DNA of 64,000 nucleotides from Gemmatimonadaceae bacterium (GCA_051859245.1 JBHYGA010000001.1:128001-192000); one strand, 5' to 3'; positions 19,480 to 29,606 are shown, numbered from the stretch's first letter. Notes: generated from the sequence alone by a model not told the origin. Program-made: numbers and translations.

Positions 19480-20645
19480 TCTTTTGGGTCTGAAGTTTGA
19501 TGCTCGGCCACGGCTGCGAAGGTCTGTGTGCGGAGAAATCCAGCCGGAACCGTGGGCAACCAATCGCTGAATGCATCGCCGTAAATGTGCCAAACGGTCA
19601 CGAACAGCGCGGCAATGATTGGTCCAACAATAAAACCGAGCGCACCGAATACCGAAATACCGCCAAGTGTGCTGATCAGGATGAGCAAGTCGGACATGCG
19701 TGCGTCGCGGCCAATGAGACGTGGACGCAGGAAGTTGTCAACGGTGCTCACCACCACGGCACACCACACCAAGAGCCCGACGGCATTGCTCGTCTCACCG
19801 GTGGCGAACAGGAAAATCACGGCCGGTACCCACACAAACGCGGCGCCAATCGCCGGAATAATCGACAGCACCACCATCACCGTACCCCAGAACGCGGGAG
19901 CGGGAACACCGCACACCCAGAACGCGAGGCCGGCGAGCGTGCCCTGCAACACACCGATCAACAACGAACCCTTGAGTGTCGCGCGCGTGACGGAAATGAA
20001 ACGCTCCAGCAGCTGCGCCTCATCGTCGGCGTCGAGCGGGATGTAATACAAAATCTGCCGCAGAATGCCCTGTCCATCCACGAGAAAGAAGAACATCGCG
20101 TACAGGCAGACAAAGAGTTGCAGCAGAAACGTGAGCGTGCCTTTGCCAACCGCTGCTGCCTGACCGGCAACAATTGGCCCCGCACGCGAGGCGAGCTCTG
20201 AGAGTTGCGTGACGAGCTCATCGCCTTGCGGAATCAGTCGAGACACCAGCGGAATGCGCGCCAGCGTTTCCTCCAGCTGCTTCATGCGGTCCGGGCCACT
20301 CTTGAGCCACTCCTGCACCGACTGACTGAGCGAAACGGACTCGGAAACAACCAGCGCCAGGAACGCTGTGAGTGGAACGACGACACCCAACAGGAGCGAC
20401 AGGATGGTAACGGTGGAGGCGAGGTTCTGCCGCCCACCGAATGCCGCGCGCAGCCGACGATAAAACGGATACGACATACCGGCGAAGATCGCGGCGAGCA
20501 ACACCGCGACCATGAACCCGGCGACCATCTTCACAAACAGCACCGAGATGCCAGCCACCAGCAGCAAGAGTGCGGTGCGTTGAAACCGCATTGCTGGATC
20601 GCGCGGGCTTGATGTCAGGCTTTCTGATCGCGGAAAGTCCGTCAT
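19476..20645 (-). CDS. AI-2E family transporter
   Basis: Multi-TM; FFFLVDG, DNFLRPRLIG, GFIVGPII. Confidence 0.9.
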   Translation of the reverse strand: MTDFPRSESLTSSPRDPAMRFQRTALLLLVAGISVLFVKMVAGFMVAVLLAAIFAGMSYPFYRRLRAAFGGRQNLASTVTILSLLLGVVVPLTAFLALVVSESVSLSQSVQEWLKSGPDRMKQLEETLARIPLVSRLIPQGDELVTQLSELASRAGPIVAGQAAAVGKGTLTFLLQLFVCLYAMFFFLVDGQGILRQILYYIPLDADDEAQLLERFISVTRATLKGSLLIGVLQGTLAGLAFWVCGVPAPAFWGTVMVVLSIIPAIGAAFVWVPAVIFLFATGETSNAVGLLVWCAVVVSTVDNFLRPRLIGRDARMSDLLILISTLGGISVFGALGFIVGPIIAALFVTVWHIYGDAFSDWLPTVPAGFLRTQTFAAVAEHQTSDPKE

Positions 20646-21541
20646 ACGGTGCACACCGCGACCGCTTCACGAAGTGACGTGAGTGCATCCCGACGCGGCA
20701 TGAACTCATGCGCGACAAAACCGGTAAAGCCGGTGTCTGCGATCACGGCCGCGATGCGTGGATAGTTCAGTTCCTGCATGGAGTCGATTTCGTTGCGGCC
20801 GGGAACGCCTGCCGTGTGGTAGTGCGCGATCATGTCGGCGTACTTGCGAATCGTGGCAATCACGTCGCCTTCCATGACTTGCATGTGATAGACGTCGTAC
20901 AGTAATCGAAACCGTGGCGAGTTTACGCCCCGAACCACCTCGGCCGCCCAGGCGGTGTGATCGGCGTGGTAGTCTTTGTGATCTACCTTACTGTTGAGCA
21001 TCTCTATGCACAGCGTGACGCCATGTTGTTCGGCGAGCGGCATCAATCGTTTGAGGCCGGTCACACAGTTGGCGATACCCTCGCCGTCGCTGAGTCCGGC
21101 ACGGTTGCCGCTGAACACCACAATGCGCTCGACGCCGGCCGCCGCCGCCTTGGGAATCATGGCGCTGCCGGCTGCCACCAACTCGTCGTGATGGTCGGGT
21201 CGATTGAATCCCTTGGGAATTGTGCCGAAGCTGTTGCCGATCGCGCACTGCAGGCCGTGCTCTGCAGGTACACGCCAGTCTTTTTCGTCGAGCAAATCCA
21301 CACCGGCAAGGCCCATCGCTTTTCCTGCCGCACACAGCTCGGCGAGTGGAATGCGCGGAAAACACCAGCGTGCTACTGACTGCCGGAGGCGGCCCGCAGG
21401 CAGTGCGCCGACGGTCGTGGCATTTGATTCTGCGCTGGTTGCGTGCGTCAACGCACGCGCGGCGACGTCGCGCGGCGCGAGCACACCACCGAGTGCCACG
21501 GTGCTCAACGCGGCCAGCGTTTCTCTGCGTGACGGACTCAT
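20642..21541 (-). CDS. Tat-exported hydroxypyruvate isomerase/xylose-isomerase-like TIM barrel
   Basis: SRRETL Tat signal; EMLNSKVDH, LYDVYHMQVMEGD, HYHTAGVPGRNE, HEF. Confidence 0.88.
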   Translation of the reverse strand: MSPSRRETLAALSTVALGGVLAPRDVAARALTHATSAESNATTVGALPAGRLRQSVARWCFPRIPLAELCAAGKAMGLAGVDLLDEKDWRVPAEHGLQCAIGNSFGTIPKGFNRPDHHDELVAAGSAMIPKAAAAGVERIVVFSGNRAGLSDGEGIANCVTGLKRLMPLAEQHGVTLCIEMLNSKVDHKDYHADHTAWAAEVVRGVNSPRFRLLYDVYHMQVMEGDVIATIRKYADMIAHYHTAGVPGRNEIDSMQELNYPRIAAVIADTGFTGFVAHEFMPRRDALTSLREAVAVCTV

Positions 21542-23232
21542 AACTCGCGCCGATTGAGGAGATCAACCGCACGCGCCGATGCACGAGCAGTGAGCGCCAT
21601 GTAGGTGATGGATGGATTTTGGCATGCAGAACTCGTCATGCACGCACCGTCGGTGATGAACAGGTTGGGCACGTCCCACGACTGATTCCACGCGTTCAGT
21701 ACAGAATCGCGTGCGCTGCGCCCCATGCGTGCGCCGCCCATTTCGTGAATGCAATGCCCGGGCGGACGAATTGAGCCGTAAGGTCGCACATTTGTAGCGC
21801 CGGCGGCTTCGAGCGTCTCAACACCAGCGGCCATGATGTCTTTTTGCATCGCCCGTTCATTGTCACCCCACCGCACACTGATGCGCGCGGCGGGAATGCC
21901 CCACGCGTCTTTCACCGTGTCGTCGAGTGCAATGTGATTGCTGGCCACGGGGAGCGTTTCGCCCCAACCGCCAATGTTGATTGTCCACGGACCGAGCTCG
22001 TCGATCAGCTGATCCTTGAACTGTGCGCCGTAGCCCGGCATGCTGCCGCCGCGATTCCACCCGGAACGCCCGGATCCGCCTTGCATGCCATATCCGCGCA
22101 CGAAATCCGGATGCGCGCTGTTCACATTGCGAAAGCGCGCCAGATAAATGCCGTTCGGGCGTCGGCCAGCCGTGCGTTTGTCGAGATGGCCAGGCATCAC
22201 GCCCGACGCGCCGGACCCATAGTGATGATCCATCACGTATTGGCCGAGTGTACCGCTGCTGTTGCCCAGTCCGTTGGGGTGCTGTGACGAGGTGGAGTTG
22301 AGCAGCAGCCGCACCGATTCGATCGTGGACGCACACAGAAATACAATGCGCGCGTCGTACACACTCTCCTGCCTGGTCTGTGCATCGATCACACGCACGC
22401 CGCGCGCACGACCCGTTTGCTGATTGATCAGCACTTCGGCGACCACACTGTGCGGGCGCAGCGTCATCCGTCCTGTTGCCTGTGCGGCTGGCAATGTGGA
22501 ACCGATGCTGTTGAAGTACGAATGTGTCACACACCCGCGTTCACAGGGACCGCAGTAGTGGCAGGCGGCGCGGCCATTGTGGTCCTTCGTGAGAATGGCC
22601 GCGCGTCCGATCGTCAATACACGCTCGCGGCCGAACCTGCGCGCAATATTTGCGCGCGCTTCGAGTTCGACGACGGTCATGTCCATGGGCGGCAGAAACT
22701 CGCCGTCGGGAAGTTGCGCCAAGCCTTCCTTCGCACCAGTCACACCAATGAAGCGCTCGACATGCGAATACCACGGCGCGATGTCGCTGTAGCGAATGGG
22801 CCAGTCAATGCCGTGTCCGTCACGCGCGTTCGCTTCAAAGTCGAGGTCGCTCCACCGGTACACCTGTCGACCCCACATAATCGAGCGTCCTCCCACCTGC
22901 CGACCACGAAACCATTTGAACGGCGCGTCTTCGGGATTGGTGTACGGATTCTCGTTGTCATTGACGAAAAACTTCGAGCCCACTTCATCACACGCGTAAC
23001 ACTCGCGCTGCACCGGCTGATCGCGTTCCAGCGTTTTGCGATCACCCCAGCCGCGAAACTTCATGTCGTACGGCTGCACGTGCTCGACAAAATCTTTGGA
23101 CGGATCGATCGGGCCGCCGGCCTCGAGCACCAGTGTGCGCAAACCACGCTCCGTGAGTTCCTTGGCCGCCCAGCCACCGCTGATGCCGGAGCCCACAACA
23201 ATCGCGTCGTACTGCTGACGTGTGTCAGACAT
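21538..23232 (-). CDS. GMC-family FAD oxidoreductase (glucoside 3-dehydrogenase-type large subunit)
   Basis: VVGSGISGGWAAKEL, GRQVGGRSIMWGR, CHYCGPCERGC Fe-S motif, HEMGGARMG, QNPSITYMALT. Confidence 0.92.
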   Translation of the reverse strand: MSDTRQQYDAIVVGSGISGGWAAKELTERGLRTLVLEAGGPIDPSKDFVEHVQPYDMKFRGWGDRKTLERDQPVQRECYACDEVGSKFFVNDNENPYTNPEDAPFKWFRGRQVGGRSIMWGRQVYRWSDLDFEANARDGHGIDWPIRYSDIAPWYSHVERFIGVTGAKEGLAQLPDGEFLPPMDMTVVELEARANIARRFGRERVLTIGRAAILTKDHNGRAACHYCGPCERGCVTHSYFNSIGSTLPAAQATGRMTLRPHSVVAEVLINQQTGRARGVRVIDAQTRQESVYDARIVFLCASTIESVRLLLNSTSSQHPNGLGNSSGTLGQYVMDHHYGSGASGVMPGHLDKRTAGRRPNGIYLARFRNVNSAHPDFVRGYGMQGGSGRSGWNRGGSMPGYGAQFKDQLIDELGPWTINIGGWGETLPVASNHIALDDTVKDAWGIPAARISVRWGDNERAMQKDIMAAGVETLEAAGATNVRPYGSIRPPGHCIHEMGGARMGRSARDSVLNAWNQSWDVPNLFITDGACMTSSACQNPSITYMALTARASARAVDLLNRREL

Positions 23233-23797
23233 CAGCGCCTCCGTTGCGCACTCGGCGCTCAAGCGGTGCGCTGCCATCAAAACGCCCTGGTGTCACGTTC
23301 ACGCGCAAGACATCGCGTTGCACTGGTAAGCTTGTAAAGTAGCCGTGCACGACGAGCCCCTTGAGGCGCGTGTATCCACGCACCGCTGGATCGTTGCGGT
23401 CCGATGGTTGTTCGAGTGCGGTCATCACAGGCACACGTTGGTCACTGGTGAGCGTGGCAAACGGTGCACCGGCGAGGCGCGTTGACAGCGAATCAATCGC
23501 GGCGAGTCCTGCGGTGAACGCCGCACGTTCCGTGTCAGTGTAATAGTCCGCGACAATGACATCGATGAATGCCGGTACCTCCACATCCGTTGCACTCGGC
23601 GTGTCCGTGCGCGGAATGATGGTATCGGCGAGTGCGTTGATCAGCGCCTGCTGCGCGCTCGGCGCGTGGTCCAACGGTGAGAGATCGTCGCGCGCGTAGA
23701 TGCGCGTCCAGATGAGCTCGGTGGGATCGCCAGTGCCTGGAAACACCGCGAGTGCGGCGACAGAGGTGGCGGCGCGAAGCAGGTCACGGCGGTGCAT
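23225..23797 (-). CDS. Gluconate 2-dehydrogenase subunit 3-family Tat carrier subunit
   Basis: MHRRDLL Tat signal; DTIIPRTDTPSA, FID, GYFTS. Confidence 0.88.
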   Translation of the reverse strand: MHRRDLLRAATSVAALAVFPGTGDPTELIWTRIYARDDLSPLDHAPSAQQALINALADTIIPRTDTPSATDVEVPAFIDVIVADYYTDTERAAFTAGLAAIDSLSTRLAGAPFATLTSDQRVPVMTALEQPSDRNDPAVRGYTRLKGLVVHGYFTSLPVQRDVLRVNVTPGRFDGSAPLERRVRNGGADV

Positions 23798-23883
23798 GGC
23801 GGCGTGGCAGGAGGGCGGGGAACTTCACTGCCGGATCGTAACGCGCCTTGCACATCATACGGAAGAGGGTACCGCATGCAGAA

Positions 23884-23917
23884 CGGCGTCGATGTGCACG
23901 ATGGCACATCGACGCCG
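23884..23917 (-). terminator. Stem-loop / probable terminator
   Basis: Perfect 14-bp stem CGGCGTCGATGTGC/GCACATCGACGCCG downstream of the VPS10-like gene; weak U tail. Confidence 0.6.
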
Positions 23918-23952
23918 CTCTCACTACGCGAGCCAATACTACGAACGCGTGA

Positions 23953-26900
23953 TCACTCGCGAATCAGCTTCGGGCTGAACATCGACGACCAGCCGGACTC
24001 GCCGGTGTTCTCCACGCGCAGTTTCTGCTTGAGGACGACATCGCCGATCTGCAGTACCACACCGTACTCGCCGGTGCCGGCACCACCACCACCACCACCG
24101 CCGGGGAAGAAGCCGCGTCCACCGGCTGGCGGCGAGATGCCCACCAGATCAAACACGCGTCGTACTTCGGGCGTCATGGCCGCTCCGCCACGACCGCCAC
24201 CGGCGGGTGCCGCCGAGAGTCCGGGGCGCGCTACGGTTGATTCGGCCGGACGCGCGCAGAACGTGTCCCACTGCGTGAGCGGACGCTCGCAGCTCGGCGT
24301 GGCACCAACACCACCACCGCCTCCGAATCCGCCACCGCCACCTCCACCACCACCGAAACCGCCGCCACCACCACCGCCGCCTGCGGTCAGCATGGTGCGT
24401 GCGGTCGCGAGTGCGGCACTGTCATACTTTGCCGCGGCGAGTGAGTCGAGCACCTTGGGTACGCGCACGGCGCGCAAGATGCTGTCGCGACGTGCACTCG
24501 GCGACAACGCCGCGGCGGCTGCCGCCGGACGCGCTGCGTTGTAGCTCCACGTGACCGAATGTACGCCCGGACGCGTGGGTCCCTGCAAACGCGCAATCGT
24601 ATCACCTACCGCGTCAACGATTGCAATACGCGCGTTGCCCGTACGGCCGGCGCCAACACGATACGTGATCGTCGCGCCGTACGTCGGGTTGGGCGTGGCG
24701 AAGAATGCCTGTGCATTGCCATTGCCGCTGGCGCCAAGCAACGGGGCCTCGCCCCACTGGAATCCAGGCTTGGGTGCGAACAGATGCACGTTCGCCGCCA
24801 TCACCGTGGTGTTCATCTGCTCGAGCGGCGCGATATCGGCGATCCAGAATCCACGTCCGTGAGTGGCCGCGATGAGCTCGCGATCACGCGGATGAATCTT
24901 GAGATCGTACACCGGCACGCTCGGCAATCCGCTCATGAAACGTGACCACGACGCACCGCGATCGACCGATGCATACACACCAATCGATGTGCCCACAAAC
25001 AACAGGTCGCGATTGTGCGGATCTTCACGAACCACGTGCACGTAATCGCCGGGTCCGCCCACGGGCAGGTTGTTCACGATCGAGCGGAAGCTGCGGCCGC
25101 CGTCATTCGTGACAAACAGATACGGCTTGAAATCACCCCAGCGGTGATTGTCGAATGCCACATAAAACGTGGACGTGTCGTGCGACGAGGCTTCAACGCG
25201 CGTGACATACACTTCGCCGCCGTTGGGCAGCATGGGTGCAAGCTTGGCCGACAGGTTCTCCCATGTGGCGCCATCGTTTGATGTCTTCCACACGTTGCCG
25301 TCGTCTGTTCCGGCGATGAGCAAGCCGGGTTTGCGCGGGCTCTCGGCGATGGCCACGATGGTGCCGTACGTTTCGGCGCCGGTTGCGTCGAGCGTGATAC
25401 CACCGGTGAGACGCAACGCCGTGTCAAGTTTGGCGACCTGCTGCTTGGAGAGGTCGGGCGAAATGATCTGCAGATCTTCGCCGCGCTTGTTCGACTTGAG
25501 CAACCGATTGCCGGCGAAGTACACCACCGACGGATTGTGCGGCGACAGGAAGAACGGGGAATTCCAGTTGTAGCGCATGCTCATGTCGGCCGAATCTTTC
25601 GCCTGCTGCGCGCGAATCTGCGCAATGCGCGTATTCATGGCGCGCGTGGCCGGTACGAGCGGATCACCACGCACAACGGCAATCGAGTCTTCCCATTCGG
25701 CGTAGCGCGCCTGCCAACCTGGCTTGGCAAAGCCCATGCGTTCGCCGGTGCGCAGATTCAAGCGTGAGACGTTGCCGCCCTGCGATTCGCCGTACACGAT
25801 GCTGGGATCGGTGGGATCCTGCGCGGAATAAAAGCCGTCACCACCGTTGATCGTGAACCAGTAGCCGAGTGGTGTGGTGGGGCTGCGACGGCGACTCGGT
25901 CCGCACCATGTGCCGTTGTCCTGCGCGCCGCCGCAAATGTTGTACGGCACGGCCATGTCAAAGCTCACTTCGTAGAACTGTGCGATCGACAAGTTTTGCG
26001 GCTGCCAGAAGTTACCACCGCCGTCGAATGTGATCGCCACGCCGCCATCATTCGCGAGGAACCAGCGCTGCGGATCGTTCGGATCGATCCAGATGCCGTG
26101 ATCGTCCACGTGGACCTGCTGCGCGCCATTGCGCGACGTTTTCCCGCCGTCATCGGAGACCTGCAGCTGCGTGCTGGAGAAGTACACCCGCTCCGGATTT
26201 TTCGGATCAACGCGCACCTGTGAATAGTAGAACGGACGCACGTTGGCGCTGTTCATGTGCGTCCACGTTTTGCCGCCGTCGATCGAGCGCCAGAGCCCGT
26301 TGTTCTTCGGTGCGTTCGCCGGGATGTAGTTGGCGCCCTGTGCTTCGTCGGCCGCTTCAATCATGGCGTAGATGTAGTCGCCATTGCTGCGCGCGATGTC
26401 GAGACCAATGCGTCCCTTCACGCCGGCTGGAAATCCGCCGCCTTTCACTTCGGTCCACGTCGCGCCGGCGTCGGTGGTCTTCCACAACGCAGAGCCCGGT
26501 CCGCCACTCTTGAGCGAGTACGGTGTGCGATAACGCTCCCAGCTGGCAGCGTAGAGCACGTCGGGATTGCGTGGGTCCATGGCCACATCAATGAAGCCGG
26601 CCTTGTCGCTCACGAACTTGGAGAGCGTCCACGTGTTGCCACCGTCGGTGGTTTTGTACAGGCCACGCTCCGGATTCGACCGCCACGTGGCACCCGCAGC
26701 CGCCACATAGACGATGTTCGGATTTGTGGGATGAACGACGATGCGTCCAATCGATTCGGTCTTCTCGAGACCCTTGAGCGTCCAGGTGAGTCCGCCGTCG
26801 GTGGACTTGTAAATGCCCGCGCCCGGATCGATCGAGTTTCGCGGATTGGGTTCGCCGGTGCCGGCCCACACCTGCTGCGTGTCCGATGGCGCAATGGCCA

Positions 26901-27195
26901 TCACGCCCATGGAGATGACGTTCTTGTCATCAAACGTGGAGCGCCACGTCATGCCGTTGTTGGTGCTCTTCCAGATGCCACCCGCAGCGGCAGCAATGAA
27001 GATCGTCTTGGACGGGCCGGGAATACCGACCACGTCGGACAGACGACCCATGAAGTTGGCCGGGCCAACATTTCGCCAGCGCATGCCGGCGGCGGTGGCG
27101 GAGTCGATGGCCTGCGCCGACACGACCTGTGGCGCGAGCGCCAGCACGGAGCATGTGAGCAGACCGAAGGTACGTGACATTCGGAGAGGAGGCAT
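23953..27195 (-). CDS. Secreted VPS10/sortilin-like BNR-repeat protein (putative glycosyl hydrolase)
   Basis: Signal peptide; WRNVGP..GR; many S/TxDGGxTW Asp boxes; RPFYYS, HVDDH, GAQDNG, ATHGRG. Confidence 0.88.
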   Translation of the reverse strand: MPPLRMSRTFGLLTCSVLALAPQVVSAQAIDSATAAGMRWRNVGPANFMGRLSDVVGIPGPSKTIFIAAAAGGIWKSTNNGMTWRSTFDDKNVISMGVMAIAPSDTQQVWAGTGEPNPRNSIDPGAGIYKSTDGGLTWTLKGLEKTESIGRIVVHPTNPNIVYVAAAGATWRSNPERGLYKTTDGGNTWTLSKFVSDKAGFIDVAMDPRNPDVLYAASWERYRTPYSLKSGGPGSALWKTTDAGATWTEVKGGGFPAGVKGRIGLDIARSNGDYIYAMIEAADEAQGANYIPANAPKNNGLWRSIDGGKTWTHMNSANVRPFYYSQVRVDPKNPERVYFSSTQLQVSDDGGKTSRNGAQQVHVDDHGIWIDPNDPQRWFLANDGGVAITFDGGGNFWQPQNLSIAQFYEVSFDMAVPYNICGGAQDNGTWCGPSRRRSPTTPLGYWFTINGGDGFYSAQDPTDPSIVYGESQGGNVSRLNLRTGERMGFAKPGWQARYAEWEDSIAVVRGDPLVPATRAMNTRIAQIRAQQAKDSADMSMRYNWNSPFFLSPHNPSVVYFAGNRLLKSNKRGEDLQIISPDLSKQQVAKLDTALRLTGGITLDATGAETYGTIVAIAESPRKPGLLIAGTDDGNVWKTSNDGATWENLSAKLAPMLPNGGEVYVTRVEASSHDTSTFYVAFDNHRWGDFKPYLFVTNDGGRSFRSIVNNLPVGGPGDYVHVVREDPHNRDLLFVGTSIGVYASVDRGASWSRFMSGLPSVPVYDLKIHPRDRELIAATHGRGFWIADIAPLEQMNTTVMAANVHLFAPKPGFQWGEAPLLGASGNGNAQAFFATPNPTYGATITYRVGAGRTGNARIAIVDAVGDTIARLQGPTRPGVHSVTWSYNAARPAAAAAALSPSARRDSILRAVRVPKVLDSLAAAKYDSAALATARTMLTAGGGGGGGGFGGGGGGGGGFGGGGGVGATPSCERPLTQWDTFCARPAESTVARPGLSAAPAGGGRGGAAMTPEVRRVFDLVGISPPAGGRGFFPGGGGGGGAGTGEYGVVLQIGDVVLKQKLRVENTGESGWSSMFSPKLIRE

Positions 27196-27267
27196 AAGCT
27201 GTGGCGGGGTGGGAAGGGCAGAGCCGGACGAGCTGCCACCAAACTAGCGCGGCTGCTCCCTTCCTGT

Positions 27268-27297
27268 ACGCCGCAGCGAGCTCATGCGCTGCGGCGT
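27268..27297 (-). terminator. Stem-loop after ogt
   Basis: ACGCCGCAGCG-N8-CGCTGCGGCGT 11-bp stem; no U tract. Confidence 0.45.
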
Positions 27298-27301
27298 GTG
27301 C

Positions 27302-27787
27302 TCAGACCGCGCCTTCGAGCGAGAGCAGTGTCTGCTTGCGATCGAGCCCACCGCCGTAGCCGGTGAGGGTGCCGTTCGCACCGATCACGCGGTGGCAGGG
27401 CACGATGATGCTGATGGGATTGCGGCCGTTTGCGAGACCGACGGCGCGAACCGCGCGTGGATTGCCGATGCGACGCGCGAGTTCGCCGTAGCTGATCGTG
27501 GTGCCGTAGTTGATCGATTGTAGCGACTGCCATACCTGGCGCTGGAATTCTGTGCCGGTGGCAGTGAGCGGGATGTCGAAATCGCGACGCGTACCGGCGA
27601 AGTATTCAGCGAGTTGCTGGCGGGTTTGTGTGAGCCAGTGCGAGGCCTGGCCGATGGTGCCGTTGTCGGCGATCCACGTCGCGTCCGGTTGTGCCCCGCG
27701 GTCGAACAGCACGTGCGAGAGGCCGTCGTTCGTGGCGGCGAGGAGTAGTGTGCCGACGGGGCTGTCGATGGTCGTATAGATGGTCAT
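27302..27787 (-). CDS. ogt: Methylated-DNA--protein-cysteine methyltransferase
   Basis: GTEFQRQVW, SYGELA, RAVGLANGRNP, PCHRVIG active site. Confidence 0.95.
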   Translation of the reverse strand: MTIYTTIDSPVGTLLLAATNDGLSHVLFDRGAQPDATWIADNGTIGQASHWLTQTRQQLAEYFAGTRRDFDIPLTATGTEFQRQVWQSLQSINYGTTISYGELARRIGNPRAVRAVGLANGRNPISIIVPCHRVIGANGTLTGYGGGLDRKQTLLSLEGAV

Positions 27788-27802
27788 GGGGGCATCGTTG
27801 GT

Positions 27803-27977
27803 TGAACTGCATTGAACGCAGAGGCGCAGAGGCGCGGAGACTGCATGCCCAATGGAGATCTCGACTCAAGATCAACTCTTTATTGTTTTTTGAATAACCG
27901 AGATGTTGCTGCTGCTATCACATGTCTTGCGTGTCTGCCACTCTGCGCCTCTGCGTCTCTGTGTTTCAAGCAGTTCA
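27803..27977. repeat. 175-bp element with 37-bp imperfect terminal inverted repeats built from CGCAGAGG units
   Basis: Left arm TGAACTGCATTGAACGCAGAGGCGCAGAGGCGCGGAG (27803-27839). Right arm (27941-27977) reverse complement TGAACTGCTTGAAACACAGAGACGCAGAGGCGCAGAG. AT-rich core. Confidence 0.85.
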
Positions 27978-29546
27978 CTTCAGCCGCGCCCACAAATACA
28001 TCGCGGCATACGCTCTCCACGGTCGCCACTTCTCCGCGAGTCTCCGCAACTCGGCGTTGCTCACGCCACCCGCCGCCTTGCGCAGCGCCAGATCGCCATC
28101 TGGAAACGCATCGGGCGAGCGCAACGCACGCATGGCCACATACTGCGCGGTCCACGGGCCAATGCCGTTGAGCGAGGTGAACTGCTCCACAAACTCGCGC
28201 GTACTCGTTGTGAGCGTGTCGCGCAGCAAGGGAAACGAACCGTCAGCCACCGCACGCGCCATGTGTACGAGCGTCGTGGCGCGTGCGCGGGGCAATCCGA
28301 TACTCATCACCTGATCGATCGATGCGTCAGCGAGACGTTCGGGGGTGATCGGCGCATGCGTCAACAGTGTTGCGGACGGCTTGTGTGATACGGGCAAGGG
28401 TTCCGCAACCAACGCAATCAGTCGACCCGCCAACGTGGTGGCACCACGCACGCTCACCTGCTGCCCCAGCACCGCACGCACCGCCAACTCAAACGCGTCC
28501 ACACATCCCGGCACTCGGCGACCCGGTGTGTTCGCGATCGTGTCCGCAAGCAGCGCATCGCTTCGCAAATGCGCATCAATAGACGCCGGGTTGGCATCCA
28601 GATCCAGCAACTGTCGCACCAGCGCCAACATGGGTACCAGCACGGGCAGCAGTTGATGCGAAAACGTCACGTCTACCGCATTCGCGCGCGACGACGCACT
28701 CACACCGAGCACTCCCACCTGCTCGCGCACGCGGATCGTGCGCCAGTATTGTCGCACGGGCTGATCGGTCACGAGTTCCACGCCGGGAATCGCTCGGCAC
28801 GCGAGAAAATCCATCAGTGCGTTCCACGCAAACGGCGGTCGATAGCTGAGCGAAATGCGCACCAGATCGTTGTGCGCCGCAACGTCGTGCGCGACAACTT
28901 CTTGCTCGAGCGCCGCGCGATGTGAACGATGTCGCGTGATCGAGGCCTGCGCACCGCGGCGCAGCGCGCTCGGCGCCAATCGATACTGCGACTGAAACAA
29001 CGCGTTGAAGCGACGCAGGCTGCCGAAGCCACTCGCCATCGCGACTTGCGATACTGGCAAGTCCGTGTCGGTCAACAAATGTTTGGCCGTGAGCAAACGT
29101 CGCGTTTGCGCGAGTGCAATCGGTGATGCACCCAGCTCACGTTCCACCGCGCGTCGCAAGTGACGCGCCGATGTGCCAAGCTCGTGCGCGAGCGCATCAA
29201 GATGCTGACCATCGAGCGCGCCGCTGGCAATGCGTTCGCCGGCTTTTCGTGCGCGTGCGCGCATCGCGTCCACCGGCGCAATGTCGGCTGTGGTATCCGC
29301 GGTTGATGTGTGCGAGATGTTGAGTGGCGCCAGTTCCGGCCGACAGCGAAGGCACGGTCGGAATCCACGACGCTCCGCTGCGGCCGCGCTTGCAAAAAAC
29401 CTGCAACGATCCGCGCGTGGTGTGCGCGCCGGACAGATTGGGCGACAATAGATTCCGGTAGTTGACATGCCCACAAAAAACTGGCCGTCAAACCGTGCGT
29501 CGCGCGCGGCGAGCACCTGATAGCACTGTTCTGCGTCGAGAGGCAT
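27975..29546 (-). CDS. alkA: AdaA-AlkA fusion: Ada Zn domain + AraC HTH + DNA-3-methyladenine glycosylase II
   Basis: DARFDGQFF..TGIYCRPIC..RPCLRCRP; SGFGSLRRFN; LGQQVSV; GIGPWTA; WRPWRAYA. Start 29546. Confidence 0.93.
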   Translation of the reverse strand: MPLDAEQCYQVLAARDARFDGQFFVGMSTTGIYCRPICPARTPRADRCRFFASAAAAERRGFRPCLRCRPELAPLNISHTSTADTTADIAPVDAMRARARKAGERIASGALDGQHLDALAHELGTSARHLRRAVERELGASPIALAQTRRLLTAKHLLTDTDLPVSQVAMASGFGSLRRFNALFQSQYRLAPSALRRGAQASITRHRSHRAALEQEVVAHDVAAHNDLVRISLSYRPPFAWNALMDFLACRAIPGVELVTDQPVRQYWRTIRVREQVGVLGVSASSRANAVDVTFSHQLLPVLVPMLALVRQLLDLDANPASIDAHLRSDALLADTIANTPGRRVPGCVDAFELAVRAVLGQQVSVRGATTLAGRLIALVAEPLPVSHKPSATLLTHAPITPERLADASIDQVMSIGLPRARATTLVHMARAVADGSFPLLRDTLTTSTREFVEQFTSLNGIGPWTAQYVAMRALRSPDAFPDGDLALRKAAGGVSNAELRRLAEKWRPWRAYAAMYLWARLK

Positions 29547-29606
29547 GCTGGATCTTATTCGCGTTCGAGCCCGTCGGCTCGCCATTTTCGGACATCGAGG
29601 CACCCA

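Noticed and set aside
23792..24544. Proline-rich 250-aa + strand ORF
   Set aside because: Antisense shadow of the poly-Gly tracts in the VPS10-like gene.
27812..28171. ORF starting NAEAQRR as cargo of the repeat element
   Set aside because: Translation of the repeat arm running antisense into alkA; no recognisable domain.
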